A DNA stretch of 64,000 nucleotides from Chlorokybus atmophyticus (Eukaryota > Plantae > Mesostigma and Chlorokybus algae). Made by a program: the position numbers and the translations under genes. The stretch is taken from the NCBI GenBank assembly GCA_009103225.1, contig RHPI01000810.1:1-64000 (forward strand). The letters are read 5' to 3'. Under the pieces are notes generated by a model. The model was not told where the DNA came from. It did no database searches and saw nothing but the letters and a program-made list of their open reading frames with translations. This document shows positions 37,037 through 50,129 of the stretch, piece by piece. Within the stretch, counting starts at the first letter, position 1. The number at the start of each line of letters is the position of its first letter.

Positions 37037-38979
37037 AGTGGTGCTCTAGGCCTGTGAAGGAAACCCCAAACGCAGGGCGCCAAACCTATTGCTGCAATGA
37101 ACAAACAGTCGTGTATTGCAACAGCTACGTCTCATCGCCCCATCGCCACGCGAAGCGCAGCGAGGAGGGAGTGGCTTTGGCCCAAAGCCAACCAGCCCTA
37201 GCTCCCCTTCCACGCAACAGCAATCCACGCACCAGCAGCCCCAGCTCCCTCCCCTCCCTAGCAACTCCTCCACCAACGACGGCGACTTGCCCAGCCGCCC
37301 ATCCGACGCCCCTTCTCACCCACTCCAGCAGCGGCGACCCAACGCCGCCGCCGCGCCCTAGTTTCAAGAGACTGGCTGCTTTCCCGCTCCTCCCTCACCC
37401 AAACGCCAGCCACATCGCCGCCTCTAAGCACAAGTTGCAGAACGACCAGCAGGCGAGCAGCAGAGTGTTGCAGGCGGAGAGAGGCAGAAAGAAGCTCAGC
37501 AGCTTTCAAGTTTGCAGCAGAGAGCGCCTCTCTTCAGTCTTGTGGCGAAGTGTGCGCGTTGTTGAGGAGCTCATAAAGTGGCCCGTAGCGTGCGGCGGTT
37601 GCGACACTGTCAGGCGATGCATTCCATCAGCCGCCGATGTATGACGACATCATTGGTACGAGGCTAGGGATGGCGAGTGCGCAGGCGCGCAACACAAGGC
37701 CGCGGCCCGCCGTTTGGCCGCGGTGAACTGGTAGGAGTGGCTGTCTGCCCGCGGCATCCGTACAACTACAGCCTGCGACGATCCGGCGGCTTTCTCTGCT
37801 TTCAATGGTTGATCTTTTGGAACTCTGCCACTGGTGCGTGCGCCTGTACCAACTGTCGCTGTACCTGGAAAAGTACGGCAATCAACGCAGTCTGTAGACT
37901 TTATGCCTTTCGTAAGGGTATCCGTGATGGTGGGACGGAAGCGTTTGATTTGGACGGGAAGAACTGGTAGGGCCTAGATTTAAGCAGCGACAGGAGTAGA
38001 ATATCCCTTTTGTGGGTCGCTTTCTGGCATACATGCTCACACACGCACAGTAGCACACGCTGTCCCATACACACAGGCGCCCACTCTATTAGAGTATATT
38101 ACACGCTCGCACGCGCACGCACGCACACTCACATATACGCAAACATATTCGCACAGGCACATGCAATCGTACACCAACGCAAGCACGCACTTCCTACAGC
38201 TGTGCGCACCCACACACTCGCATACGCGCGCACACACACACACTAGCACATGCCGTCCTACCCATGCAGTTGCTCTCGCCACGCACCCGCGCGCACGCTC
38301 TCACCTCCAAGCATATGCGCGCACATTTTCCCACTTTTTCACACAGTCATAGTGGCACGCATACACACATACGCCGCCATTTTCACTTAATGCACCATAG
38401 CAACTGCAATTGCAGCAACACACAATTACAATGATAACACCACATCCATACCACACTCCACCATTACCTCAACGTTGATCACACCGTCGATAACAACCTT
38501 ACAACGATAACAAGGATAACAGCTGCAACCGCAAGACAACATCTTTCCAACTACAACATTAACCGCACAATAACAATAACAACATGTACAATGAGATTGG
38601 CAACAATACAATCATAATAACAATCGTAACAACTCGACACCAACACCCATTAGGTCACATCAATGTCCATACGACGTCAACACAATAGCCCAGCTTGAAC
38701 GAGCCAGCAGACTTGCACATGTGCGTGCAACTGGACCAATATTGTCATTGATGGCAGTCTAAACACGAACACCTCCATTACCCTCTCCATGACGATTGCA
38801 GGTCACCTATGGCTCCTACGGTAGGAGCCATACGGCAATGGCCCCTGCCTCCAATCCCAGCAGCAGCCTCCTCCTTAGCTACTGAGGTGAGCCGTTTCCC
38901 GACTGCAACATCTCCTCCACCGTATTTACACGTCCACCGCCGCGCGCGCTGCGTGCATGTGCAGCCGCCCTTGCCTCGT

Positions 38980-39760
38980 GGGGCAGTTGGAGCGCGAATG
39001 TTCTATGGAAGAGCACATTCAACACTTCCGAACTGCCATCTTCCCGACCCTTCACACCCTTCTTTGAAGCATGGAGAACACCCAACACTATTGGTGTAAG
39101 TCCCGAGCCAGCCCCGCAGCTGCTGCAGCTCCCGAACCAGCTCCGAAAGGTGCGTATGAGCGATACGAACCTCCCCGTAACTGAGTGAAGTGCCCACGAT
39201 CAGTGTCTTTAGCAGTACCCTTCAATTACAACACGTCCGTACGCTCGGCAACGCGAATGGCCTCTGCAAGATACTTGGCGTCACGAAGCACAACTTCCTT
39301 GCGACAAAGAGTCTTCAACCCGCGCGTGTAGCGGTCCAACTGCTCCTCCTAGGTCATGTTGGGTATGGAGAGCATAAGACGCTGAAACGCAGAGGTATAG
39401 GCCATCACGGACTGCGTTTGCACAAGTGTAGAGAGCTGACCACGTGCCGTTTTCATGCTTTGCACCGGTATGAACTGTTTCTTCACCTCAGCGGCCAGCT
39501 CAGCCACGGTGACAAAGGGAAACTCAAGACCAGCTTCCACACGAGCACAACAATGATGCCACCACACACGCGCAGCTCCCTCAAAGGAGGAAGTTGCAGC
39601 CACATCGACATGGAAATGTACGGGTACTTGGTGAGTTTTAACCATGAAGAGACAACAAACACCCACTCCTCGACGCAGTCACCATCCCTCTGGCCTTTTT
39701 AAGGCTTCGGTTTTGGCACTTTCACATGACGAGAGGTTGGTGGAAGAGCCATATGTGCAG
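38980..39760 (-). pseudogene. Degenerate Gypsy gag (element B), truncated
   Basis: WWHH...VKKQFIP...ARGQLSTLVQTQSVMAYTSAFQRLMLSIP...EEQLDRYTRGLK and knuckle C*MCSSIEHSRSNC. Confidence 0.8.
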
Positions 39761-40006
39761 CAATAGGCGTAGCCGCGCGCGCTTGCGCCAAGACTTCTTA
39801 GAATTGTGCCGTTTAAGCTTGGGCAAATGCTTGAACACGTTGTAGCTCTTCAAGAGCAGCCACCAGCACTTGCTGAAGCTCCACAACACGTGCATTATCC
39901 ATGGTAGCGTCCATAAATAGAAAAATACCTCACACACACATAAAAAAGTTTGGTTGAAATCTTCGTAAAATAAAAAACTCGATCTTTTCAAGGGCTCCGA
40001 GATCAT

Positions 40007-40680
40007 TGTAACGATGCACGTGCTCACTTACACAGCACACAAGTCATACAACACATGTGTGCAGCTGAGCACAGGCTTCACACCAGAACCTTGCCTTCTC
40101 TCGCGCACGCACGCACGCACGCGTCAAGCACGCACACGCACACGAACACTACTACTTCCCACGCCAAGCAAGAACGAAGTAGTGTGTGCCTTGAATCACG
40201 CCTCTCTCAAGCATACTCGCAGCAGAGAGCAGAAAGCAAATGTTGGTTGTCTTACACAGGGTTTTCTATTTGTACAAGCCTAAAAACCAAGCAGGTTAAC
40301 AACCAGGCATTTCGTGCATGATTTACCAATTCCAAAGAACTCCTTTGAGTGCAGGCTGCTGCCACTCGCGTCATCGTCGTTTCGGCATCTGACTGTGCAG
40401 TCCGCGTCTCAAGGCACTGCACAGCGCGGCATCTATTCACATGTCCCGTCAGGTGTGATGTCACATCACGGCAGTGCCGCGGCAGACACGTCGCCACTAA
40501 CTCGGCAGTTGTCACATTGCAGCTGCTGCTGTGCTAGTCGCAGGCGAAGTCGGGTGCGGCAGCAAAGCCGACGCATCAGGGCCTAAACAAGCTTTACCAA
40601 AGCCTTTATTAAGGCGGTTAAAAAGGCGAAGCAAGTGCTTTATGTACAATTAAATACAGGAAATGCTCCAGGCTGTTACA
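40007..40680 (-). repeat. 5' LTR of Gypsy B (674 bp), inserted into the integrase of Gypsy C
   Basis: TGTAAC...GTTACA termini; PBS-like ATGATCTCGGAGC directly downstream on the minus strand; Gypsy C integrase breaks at its right edge with no PPT. Confidence 0.7.
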
Positions 40681-40694
40681 AAAGCCGGCCACCA

Positions 40695-43600
40695 TTATTG
40701 TCTCTGCAGTCGCTTGATGGTCTTTGCCATACCCATGTGCCAATTGTACGCGGCATTGTGTGCCTCGAACATACAGTCTTGCCTTAGTCTAAGTGCGTCC
40801 GGCACGATCAACTTGCCCTCACGGTACCATAACTCTTTGTGACGAGTGATCTTGTCATCTGCCTGCTTCAGCATCTCGACAAACCATGTGTCAAGTGCAT
40901 AAGCATTGAGTGAACGCCGAGCAATATCTTCCACATCAATAGCTATAGGGTCCTCCTCACTTGGCCTGTGGTGTGCCACTGGTGCTTCACTAGCAATGCT
41001 TAAGCGTTTTTGGCAAATCAATAATCTCAAGCTCGCGGAGTGCCACTGGTGTCTCATTGACAGCTCTTGCAAGCTCAATTGGCAACTCGCAAGTAGCGGC
41101 ATCAGTCTCACTTGACTGTGCCCACCTTTAGCTTCGTGCACGTGCACGTGTGGTCACTGCCAACAGCCATGGGGAACGGCTCAAAGGGTTTGCCATATTC
41201 ACTCGCCCTGGTCCATAAACCCATTTAAAGTTAAATTGCGACAAGTACTCAGCCCACCTCGCTTATTTTCTCGACAAGGTTGGCTCTTAGAGAAAACAAG
41301 GAGGTTGTGGTCGGTGATCACACTAAACTCGCCTTCCACCCCCTTTAAATAGCAACACCACTCCTGTAGCGCGTGAACTACCCCCAACAACTCTTGCTTA
41401 GTTGTCATATACTTTCTCTCGGCTGGCGAGAACTTCTTGCTGACATAAGTAAGCGGATGCCCACTCTGAAGCAACACCGCATCAGAGCCCTCAACAGATG
41501 CATCGCAAATTGACTTGGAGGGCTTGTTAACATGCGGCAATCACAGGGCTTTTTACGCGCGGACCAGTCGTATGCGGCCCGCAGACCACGTCTGGTTCGC
41601 TGTGGCGTACCAGTGCCGCGATTGGTCCGGTGTGACCGGACCACCGGTGGTCCCGCCCCGGAGCCGGATGGCCTGGTCCGATAGACCGGACCAGGGCTGG
41701 TCGCGGGCCCCGCGGCCTGCGAACCAGTGCAGCACTGGTACTGTATGCGGTCCAATGACAGAACCAGGGCTGGTCGCGCCCCCGCGAGCTGTGGTACAGT
41801 ACGTGGTGCGCTGGGTAGGACTAGGGCTCCCCGCGGCCTACGACCAGAGGAGCAGTGGTACGAAGAGTACAGACGCTGTGACCAACGAGACCTGGCGCGG
41901 ATCGTGTCAATGAGACGTAGTGATCGCGTGGCAATTGCGGGCCGCGGTCTTGCACACACGTCAGCAAAGCGATAGGTACGAACTTGTACTTGCCCTGTGC
42001 CGAAACCCTAGTTGGCATGGGTCCCACCGAGGCACTGCTTGCGTGCAATCTTTGATGTTGCGACCGCCAAGCTACGGTAGTTGGAGGCGGCGCTGCTCGG
42101 AAAGGTAAGCGGTGTTGATTGTGCGTTGCATGCTTCATTGAACTTCGGCGTCATTGCCTAAAGCTTAATTGTTGTGAGCCCTTGTTGTTGGCATTAATGT
42201 AACAGCAGGTAGTACGTTTGCAGCGGCTCCTGCTGTCGGTGCTGCTGCCATTGCCTGATCACTAGTGTCCTCGCTGTTGTTGACATTGTTTTTCTTGTGC
42301 TTGCTGTTGTCATGGCTTCCCGACAGCAAAGTCATTGACAGAAGTCATGGCAACAGCCGCAGTTGCTGCTGCTGCCAGCGGCTGGAGCAGCAGCAGCAAC
42401 TGCGGCATCAAGTGGTGGTTGCTGCTGCTTCAATCGCTGTAGCAGCAACAACCACCATTCGAGTAATTGCTGCTGGGTTTTTAATCGTATGCATGCTTGC
42501 AAACTGCATGAACGAACAGGAGTTTGCATGCCATGCGTGCACTTCTCAGCATGCACACTAGTCGACAGATGTCGACCTGACATGCAGCTTGACGTCGCTC
42601 TTGTGACATTGTTCTTCTTGTAGTTGTTGTTATGATTCTGCTTGCTGTTATCATCAGACCTCCCAATAGCAAAGTCATTGACAGAAGCTATGGCAACAGC
42701 CGCAGTTGCTGCTGTTAGCGGCTGAAGCAGCAGCAGCAACTGCGGCTTCAAGTGGTGGTTGCCGCTTCAGCCGCTGTAGCAGCAGCAACCACCACTTGAT
42801 TAATTGCTGCTGAGTGTTGCGTCATATGCTTGCACACTGTATGAACGGACAGGAGTTCCCGTGCGTGCACTGCTCAGCATGCACACTACTGTCGACATAT
42901 GTCGAGCTGACATGCAGCTCAACTTGGCTACAGTGTTCAGATTGACATTAGCAACAGTCTCAACCTCAGTGTCATCCTGTTCTGTCAGACGGCAATAAAC
43001 AATAGTTGATAGTCGCGCCCGCTGTTCTGGACCGGTTGCACAGCCATTTCAATGCCGTTCAGGCAGGTACTACCTGTTCCTGCTTGTGCATGCTTGTGAA
43101 TGCTGTTATCATGGCCTATGGCTTATTGGCATCGGCTCTCTCACATGGTCTATACCAACTGTCTCATAGGCTGCACTGATCAATGCTGCCTATGAGACAG
43201 TTGAAGGCGGGATCATAGACCGCACTGATTTCAAGCAGCCGCCTATAAGCTCTGAAAACTATGGACTAGGCATCGCTCATAGGCACTGACCAGTGCATAT
43301 GAGCGATGCCTAGTCCATAGTTTCCAGAGCTTATAGGCGGTTGTTTAAGAGCGGCATAGACCGCACAACAGTCTACAACAGTTCTATAATAAATGTGTAA
43401 CACGCAGGGTGCCGCAGGCTGCTGCTGAGCGACACGGCCTTCAGCTGGTGGAGATGGAGGGTCTCCTCCGCATGCGAGCAGACATGCACGCATGTGCACT
43501 TGCCAACACACACACGTGCATGTCTCCACCTGATGAACGCGGTGCCCGCGCTAGGCACCTGCAGGTGCTCAAGCGTTCATGCATGCGTTCATGTGGCTCA

Positions 43601-44627
43601 AAAACACGTCCCCAACACTACCCTTGCCTGGCCCGCGAAGGGCCTGCCCCCTACGCCGCGCGAGGAACAGCGCGGTGGTTTTCTATGGCGTCACCATTGG
43701 TGAGGACAGCCCGATGCTGCTCAACGCGCGGTGCACGACCACCCGGCGCTGCAGCTGGACCTCAAGGTGAACGTAAGGGGAAGGAGAGGGAAGGGAAGAG
43801 GGGTAGGAGGGGGNGGGGGGACGCGCGCAGTCGCACGCACATGCACGCGCACCTGCAAACACCTGCGCGCATGCACGCACGCACGCATGCATGCACGCAC
43901 GCAAGTGCTCTTTGTGACACACTCACATACAAACTCAGTTCACGTACACACAGTGGTCCGAATTGAGCTCATAGACCGCACTGGACAGCTGTCCAGTGCG
44001 GCCTAAGAGGCCGCCTACAGCGACTGCCTCATAGGCCGCACTGTCCGGTGCGGCCTATGAGACAGCTTTGCTGGTGCACTATGCATGTGAACAGGTGCGT
44101 CACCCCCTCCCTTCCTGCCCCCTCCCCCCTCCTCCTCAAGAAGACGTGCACGCACACACGTACGCGCACGCGCATACAAACATGCGCACGTGCATGCGCT
44201 CATGCAGTTGTGCACGCGCAGGTATGCCGACTGCCCCCCAAGCTGGCAATCAGCGGCCTGCTGATGAAGACCATTAAGGATATTGGAGCGCACGCACGGC
44301 TTTGCATCCATAAGCATTACCTCGCCCCAGCTGTCCGTGACCTCCAACATCAAGGTGCGATGAGTTTCTAAACGATGTTTCTGCGCATGCGCATAAGTGT
44401 GCATGTGGGTGTTTTTGCATGTGTGCGTGCGTCTTGCAACAGGCAGGCTCATAGACCGCACTGACCAGCCTAGTCAGTGCGGCCTATGAGCTTTGACTGA
44501 GTCACTCAGCCAGGGCTGAGGACGAGCTGTCTCATAGGCCGCCTACGAGACTGCTGGCTGCAGTGTCGCCTATTAAACATGTTGTCCTCACCCCAGCTGT
44601 CCGTGCCTCTTCAATGTGCGATCCGAC

Positions 44628-44662
<35 letters not shown>

Positions 44663-47600
44663 NNNNNNNNNNNNNNNNNNNNNNNNNNNNNNNNNNNNNN
44701 NNNNNNNNNNNNNNNNNNNNNNNNNNNNNNNNNNNNNNNNNNNNNNNNNNNNNNNNNNNNNNNNNNNNNNNNNNNNNNNNNNNNNNNNNNNNNNNNNNNN
44801 NNNNNNNNNNNNNNNNNNNNNNNNNNNNNNNNNNNNNNNNNNNNNNNNNNNNNNNNNNNNNNNNNNNNNNNNNNNNNNNNNNNNNNNNNNNNNNNNNNNN
44901 NNNNNNNNNNNNNNNNNNNNNNNNNNNNNNNNNNNNNNNNNNNNNNNNNNNNNNNNNNNNNNNNNNNNNNNNNNNNNNNNNNNNNNNNNNNNNNNNNNNN
45001 NNNNNNNNNNNNNNNNNNNNNNNNNNNNNNNNNNNNNNNNNNNNNNNNNNNNNNNNNNNNNNNNNNNNNNNNNNNNNNNNNNNNNNNNNNNNNNNCCCCC
45101 CCCCCCCCCCCCTCGGTTTGTCATACTTAAGAGGGAGGAGAGGTAGTCCCCTCGTTCCCCCTTGCAGATATCAATAATTATGCACACTCAGGTCTGCATG
45201 CTCATGCATATGCAAGTCTGCACGCGCATGCATGCAAACGCACACAGGTACTTGCATACAACTGCAGCATACGTATGGCGGCGGCGCTGCTCACACACAT
45301 GCGCATGCGTGTGTCGTAGGTGTGCTGACTTGTTGATGTACGGCTGCAGTCTAGCGGAGAGAGCGGCAGCACGCGCCACCAGAAGCAGGTAAGAGCTGCT
45401 TCTTACGCGTGCGTGTATGCGTTTGCATGCCAATAACTCCCGACTGTCATTGATTTGCGTGCACGAATGTGATAGTCTTGAGTAGTTGTGTGTTACTTCG
45501 ACAATCCTACATCGTGTGGGAGTGTATGTGTACGTGACAAGCGCATTTGTGTCTGCCATCAGTCCTGTTTGTCAAGCGTCCGGCCGTGCGCATGCAAGAT
45601 GCAGACACACACACATTCGCACATAAACATAAGTAGCCGAGTGCACACACTTCATGTTCTGCACGTATGTGAACAGCAACACACCCTCATACCAACCGTC
45701 CATTGTAGACATGCGCGCGTGCGAGCACACACGTAGAGTTGTGCGCACCCAACTGTGAGTCTATGTCACCTGTATGCATGACACACAGCAATAATGGTAC
45801 GCAGGTCTCGTACAGTAGCCAACGTGGCATTACTCTAAGGGAGGAGTGGGGGAGGGGAGGTGCGTCTATGCTGGAGCAACAGGTATGATCCTCTTGTTTT
45901 GGGTATGCGCATGGAATGTTGGTGTAAGTAGATACTTGCACTTAAGAGGCTTGCATCAGTGTTGATTGCCAAACGTACATGCCAGCATTCTGATACATCT
46001 CAATACAATCCCACGCTTATTGTTTCCGTACGCAATGCTTTTGATTTTGGTAACTGCATGCTTGCTGCATGGCTATGACAGTGCATGCTTGCTAAGCTGG
46101 GATTGCGTTGCCTTGTGCTCCTTTCACTGTTGATAGGCTAGCATAGAGCGACTGGCCATGCTGGTTTAGAAGCAACCAGCAAGACTAGGCCAGCGGCGTG
46201 GCCTGGGCTCTTGGTCTGGAGCACCAGGCCGCCCGCCAGGCCACCAGCGGCGGCCGAACGGCGGTCAGCTGCGGCTGACCGCAGTCAACCGCCAGAGCAC
46301 AATTAATCTACAGCAATCTCTGCCGGTCAGCCTATAAAGTCCGGCTGCAGCCGGTTATCACGCAAAAAACAAACTGTTAACCGGACCACACCTGGTTGAA
46401 CTATTGGTATCTATACATACGCACCAGCCATGGCTGCTCCCTTGTATCAAGACTCGGACCAATGATGGTCCTTACCACAACCATAACCGGTCCGATTTAT
46501 CACTATTGTGACCGAGACCAGCCCTGGTTCGGTTTTTCGGGGGACCGTGGGACAATTACGTACTGTTTGGACCAGCCCTGGTCCCCGCGTGCAGACCAAG
46601 GCGGGCAACCCTAGTCCGGACCCCAAGCCGCCCGGGCGTTTTGGCCCTGGTCCGTACGTGAGGACCAGGGCTGGTCCGCGGAAAAATTTCCGTGTGAATT
46701 GTAGCACCGGCGCAGTCACCAAAGCCTCTGATGGACTCAAAGGCCTCTTGCTGCCTCTGTGACCATCCCCATATGACCTTATCACGTAACATGTTAGTGA
46801 GAGAAGCAACACGCGATGAGTACTCCAAGGTATACTTGTGGAATTGGTTGCTCAAGCTCAAGAACGCACGTAGCACGTGCACATTTCGCGGGCTAGGCCA
46901 CTCTTTGACCTTATCAACTTTCCTTCGATCCAGACGCACGCCCTCTCTGCTTACATTATGGCCAAGAGTTTTAAATTCCGTCTTGCCAAACTCGCACTTG
47001 GGCAAGTAAGCCTAGAGCCGATGCACACGCATTGATTCTAACACCTCGCGCACATGCGCGGTGTGCAAGGCAGCGTTCTTGCTAAATACGCCTATATTAT
47101 CGAAATATACAAGCACTGTCTTATCAATTAGCTTGTAAAACACACGGTCATGGATAGGAAAGGTGGCTGGCGCATTTGTTAGCCCCAAAGGCAGCACTTT
47201 ATATTGAAGGTGGCCAAGCGGCGTACAAAATGCTGTCTTTGGTACATCTTTCGGAGTGGTACTTATCTGGTGGTACCCACTAATCAGGTCCGAGGAGCTG
47301 AACACTTAGGCTCCGCTCAGTTGATCAAGCAAATCATCCATCCTTTGCAGCGGATACCTATTCTTGACGGTTTGCTTATTCAAGGCCCGGTAGTCAACAC
47401 ACATGCATAGCCGGCCATCCTTCTTCGGGATAAAGAGGATGGGTGCCCCAAAGGGAGAGCTACTTGGCTCAATTTATCCCTTTTTAATCCCAGCTATAAC
47501 CTGCCCCTCCATGTCTGCATGCTCAGCTGGACTCAGCCTATCACAGGTCTGAACGAAGGTTGCGCACCCAACTCTAGAGGGATCGTATGCCATACATCCC

Positions 47601-49803
47601 TCTCAGGCGGCAACTTAGGCAATCCAGCATAAAAGACATCACCATACTCAGATAACAGACCTTTAAGAGCCAGCTTTTGCGGTTTGCAATTGGTGTCATT
47701 AGTTGCAGTGGTTGGGCTGTTTGTGGCAAATGGCCGGACTAGCACCAAAAGGGGTTGAGCTCCATAGCGAACCGCCCTCTTTGCCTGCGAAGCACTCAAC
47801 AAACAACATGAGACATCGGTTTCAGGTTTGTCATCACTTGCAGTGGATACGTCGTCGTGCCCATCTGTGCGCAAGGTCACACAACTCCGCCCTTTGCGTA
47901 CGCTGCAAAGTTTGGTGTCTGCGTCCGTGCGCAAGCCATATGCTTTCTCCCAATGGCTGCCAACAATGACATCCGCGCCTAGCACCTCAATTGGTATGAC
48001 CAAGAACTTGAGCTGAGCATGATAGCCTTGCACATGCACGGACAAGCGCACGACTCCCCGTACAGGGATTTTGTGCTTGTTCAAGGCCACAACCGTGTCA
48101 TCACTTGATGGCACGAACGCCTAAGCGTTGCACAAGAGACTCACTCACGAAGTTCTCCAACGTGGCCGTGTCTATCATTAAGATGCACGGCACGTGCGCA
48201 GCTGATGCCTTAACCAACCAAGTCAAGTCTAAAGAACTCGCCGGATCGATGGTAGGTGGGTCATACAACACATGTTCGCGCCCTTTTTCCACCTTGACTT
48301 TACCCAAGACTTGCGAACCTTTGGAGAGGCGAATTCATGGGCCGGGATGCTTGGGTACAATAATTCACGCACTCACGTTGTGCACGCTCTTGCTCTTGCA
48401 TCCAACATAGTGCTTGAGCATGTTGTACAACTTGTCAATATGCGCATTAAGCAAAACACATTTGCCCGCATAGTCGTTTTGCAAAAAGTGAGTGTCCACA
48501 TGTACACCCATCTTCGTCTCCGACACAGCAACATTGCATGGTTGGCGAAGGCGTGAACTCAAGCCACTATAGGCACACTGCTCACTAACATCCTCAGAGC
48601 AAGTAGCCATTGACAATCCCTGTTGCACGCATGGCTTCTTGCTCTCTTCATGCCCCTCGTACATGAGAATATGGTCCCGAGCGGCGTCCGCTTCAGCCTT
48701 ACCGAGCTTGGCTTCACGGTTGCGCTTTCGATCTTGTTGCCCGTGTTGTGCATCACTAAATGCTCCAACGTGTCTTCCATGAGGAACTTGATCAGCTCTC
48801 GACGATTGCAAACGAGCAATGTCGGCCTCTTGTTGTTGTTGCAACCTTGTCACTTGCTCACACAATGTGGCAACCAAAGTGGACAACTGTTGAGTGGTTT
48901 TGGCAACATTATTGCTCCAAGATGCCTCCTCATATGTTGCTTGCTGTTGCTTAGCCATTTCCACAATGGGCGTACCAACACCACACGGTGTGGTCAACGT
49001 AACAGATGCACACACGCGCACACGCGCGTGCACTAGCAGCAGAGTGCAGCAGAATGCAGTTGCGTGTGCAAGACTATGCACAAGCAGCACGCACAAAAGT
49101 AATGCGCAGATCAGTGTGCAAAACGGCCCACACCTAGCATGCAAGTGTGCGTGCAGCTGCAATGATCAACTAGCACGCACAATCAGCATGAAACACTGCC
49201 ATGCATGGCATGCATGCAAAGAATGCAACGCACGCACCGTCCAGCAAGTGCACAAGCTGATGGGCAAGCATGCAAGGCTTGGAAACAAGCTCTGAGTCCA
49301 ATGTAACGATACCACTACTTTCTTGCTGGTCGGGGCTTGGCAAACTTATGCACAAGCACCAAGGACTTACAGCGGAAGTCCCATCAGCACCACGGTGCAC
49401 GGGAGTTTGCAGAAGCGCGTTAAGGGAGGAGAGGATGACCACCAACCTCTCACACAGCTCCAGCCCCAAGCACACCCACGCCCAACACACTCACATGCAC
49501 ACACAGCACCACACCCCACAAGAGATGAGGGGAAGAGCCCCTTCAATAGCTACAATCAGGCACCCCACACACAAGTGGCCCCAAGTGGTGAACACACTCT
49601 GATCCCTACTCAAGGTTGCTACCAAGCCCTTATACCACTTGCTGCTCTCCAGACCTAGCACACAGGATGTCCAAGGCCCCCTAGGCCTTATCACTGTGTG
49701 CTGACCTATGAGCACAAGCTGACCTTGTCCAACACATAACGTCAACGCCAGGAATATCAAACTCCCTCGATTTTCCATGGGAGGAACAATGCTTGGAACT
49801 ACA
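40695..49803 (-). mobile_element. Degenerate Ty3/Gypsy element C (LTR ~49302-49803, gag remnants, protease, RT, RNase H, integrase Zn finger)
   Basis: PBS-like TTGGACTCAGAGC next to TGTAAC at 49302; protease LMIDTAT; RT DLISGYHQI, VYFDNI; RNase H CDASVEG; integrase EAHNAAYNWHMG; many stops and frameshifts. The outer LTR limit is tentative. Confidence 0.85.
41542..46696. mobile_element. CACTA/CMC-like non-autonomous element (CACA termini, 3-bp TSD AAT)
   Basis: Ends CACAGGGCTTTTTACGCGCGGACC and (reverse complement) CACACGGAAATTTTTCCGCGGACC; subterminal GGACC/GGTCC arrays at both ends; removing it plus one AAT restores ALVTAPVLQLPHVNKP in Gypsy C pol. Confidence 0.88.
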
Positions 49804-50129
49804 AACATAGGCTCTCCTAGTATAGTAGTACTTACGGCTTGCCCGCAGGAATCAATTAGCCTTGCGACTGTCATCACAGTGGCAAATCGCACAACCACAG
49901 TATGATCCTGTGGTCTGCAAACTTGGCTTTCTTTCTCGGAGCTGTCACATCCTGTGGCAACTCATAGGTTTGGGCTAAAGCCTGTACTGACCAGCTCTGT
50001 GCTAGCCCTCATTGATGCCTTGTATGGTTTAGCACACTCATGGCCATATAGGCTCAAGAGTAGACCTACATGAGAGCGCACCCCAAAAGCACTACACATG
50101 CCTATGGAATGGAAAACCCACTTAGTCTC

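Noticed and set aside
38400-38640. Possible coding signal in the ACA-rich tract upstream of GRF
   Set aside because: Degenerate low-complexity repeat with no supported reading frame.
44563-45187. ORFs of 150-250 aa spanning N runs (also 22475-23112 and 58683-59466)
   Set aside because: Artefacts of translating assembly gaps.
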